DNA from: Bacteroidaceae bacterium
GTDB lineage: Bacteria; Bacteroidota; Bacteroidia; Bacteroidales; Bacteroidaceae
DNA: 26,286 nucleotides
Direction of reading: 5' to 3'
Assembly: GCA_028707655.1 (NCBI GenBank)
Contig: JAQWAN010000001.1
Coordinates: 1-26,286, forward strand
Position numbers and translations under genes: made by a program. The notes below the pieces were generated by a model, which worked only from the letters and a program-made list of their open reading frames with translations, did no database searches and was not told the origin of the DNA. Positions 26,195-26,286 of the stretch are shown here, in pieces (the first letter of the stretch is position 1; the number at the start of each line of letters is the position of its first letter).

Positions 26195-26286
26195 ATGAAA
26201 GTCAGAGAAGAAAAGTTAAGAACAATTATAGAATGGTCGGAGAAAAACGAAGATGTAAGAGTTCTTCTTCTGACAAGTTCACTTGT
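26195..26286 (+). CDS. aadS: Aminoglycoside 6-adenylyltransferase (streptomycin resistance), 3'-truncated by the window end
   Basis: The ATG at 26195 translates to MKVREEKLRTIIEWSEKNEDVRVLLLTSSL(V), which I recognise as the N-terminus of Bacteroides AadS (ANT(6) family). Not in the ORF track. Confidence 0.9.
   Translation, partial: MKVREEKLRTIIEWSEKNEDVRVLLLTSSL

Noticed and set aside
25835-26198. ORFs 25835-26173 (-) and 25989-26198 (+), the latter ending in an ATGA overlap with aadS like integron leader ORFs
   Set aside because: Both are low-complexity and AT-rich with no motifs. The + ORF starts upstream of the Pc-like promoter and so would not be on that transcript. The - ORF overlaps the integrase out of frame.
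1-26286. CRISPR arrays, rRNA, riboswitches, IS elements, invertible promoters
   Set aside because: I saw no regularly spaced repeats, rRNA signatures, recognisable riboswitch consensus, transposase ORF or promoter-flanking inverted repeats.

Overview
Chromosomal segment from a Bacteroidota (Bacteroidales-like) bacterium, judged from TTTG-N19-21-TAnnTTTG promoters, gene order and lipoprotein/CTD signals. Bases 1 to about 23.4 kb are mostly core genes: lpxB; rsfS-ftsH-cdsA; tRNA-Gln and tRNA-Met; an FKBP PPIase; homodimeric GlyRS; parC with a DUF3316-like gene and an S41 peptidase; tRNA-Leu; fbaB-gpmA; tpx; a divergent pabA/pabBC module; a secreted adhesin-domain protein; a lactonase; a TIGR01777 gene with a lipocalin; and a uracil permease. 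After about 23.4 kb the sequence becomes AT-rich and accessory. It holds a deleted Rhs toxin remnant with an intact MORN/YwqK-like immunity-type gene, then an intact IntI-like tyrosine recombinase that lacks the integron-specific insertion and carries an extra N-terminal domain. Divergent from this integrase, about 220 bp away, is the start of aadS (streptomycin adenylyltransferase), which the ORF track missed because the window cuts it off. Between them lie a consensus Bacteroidota promoter, a GTT core-like site directly behind it, and four related TTRCGYAT motifs. This layout (integrase, Pc-like promoter, attI-like site, first cassette) looks like a non-canonical Bacteroidota integron-like gene-capture platform and is the main lead. 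Only one putative cassette start is visible, so an array is not demonstrated here. Protein family calls come from recognised motifs, not database searches.
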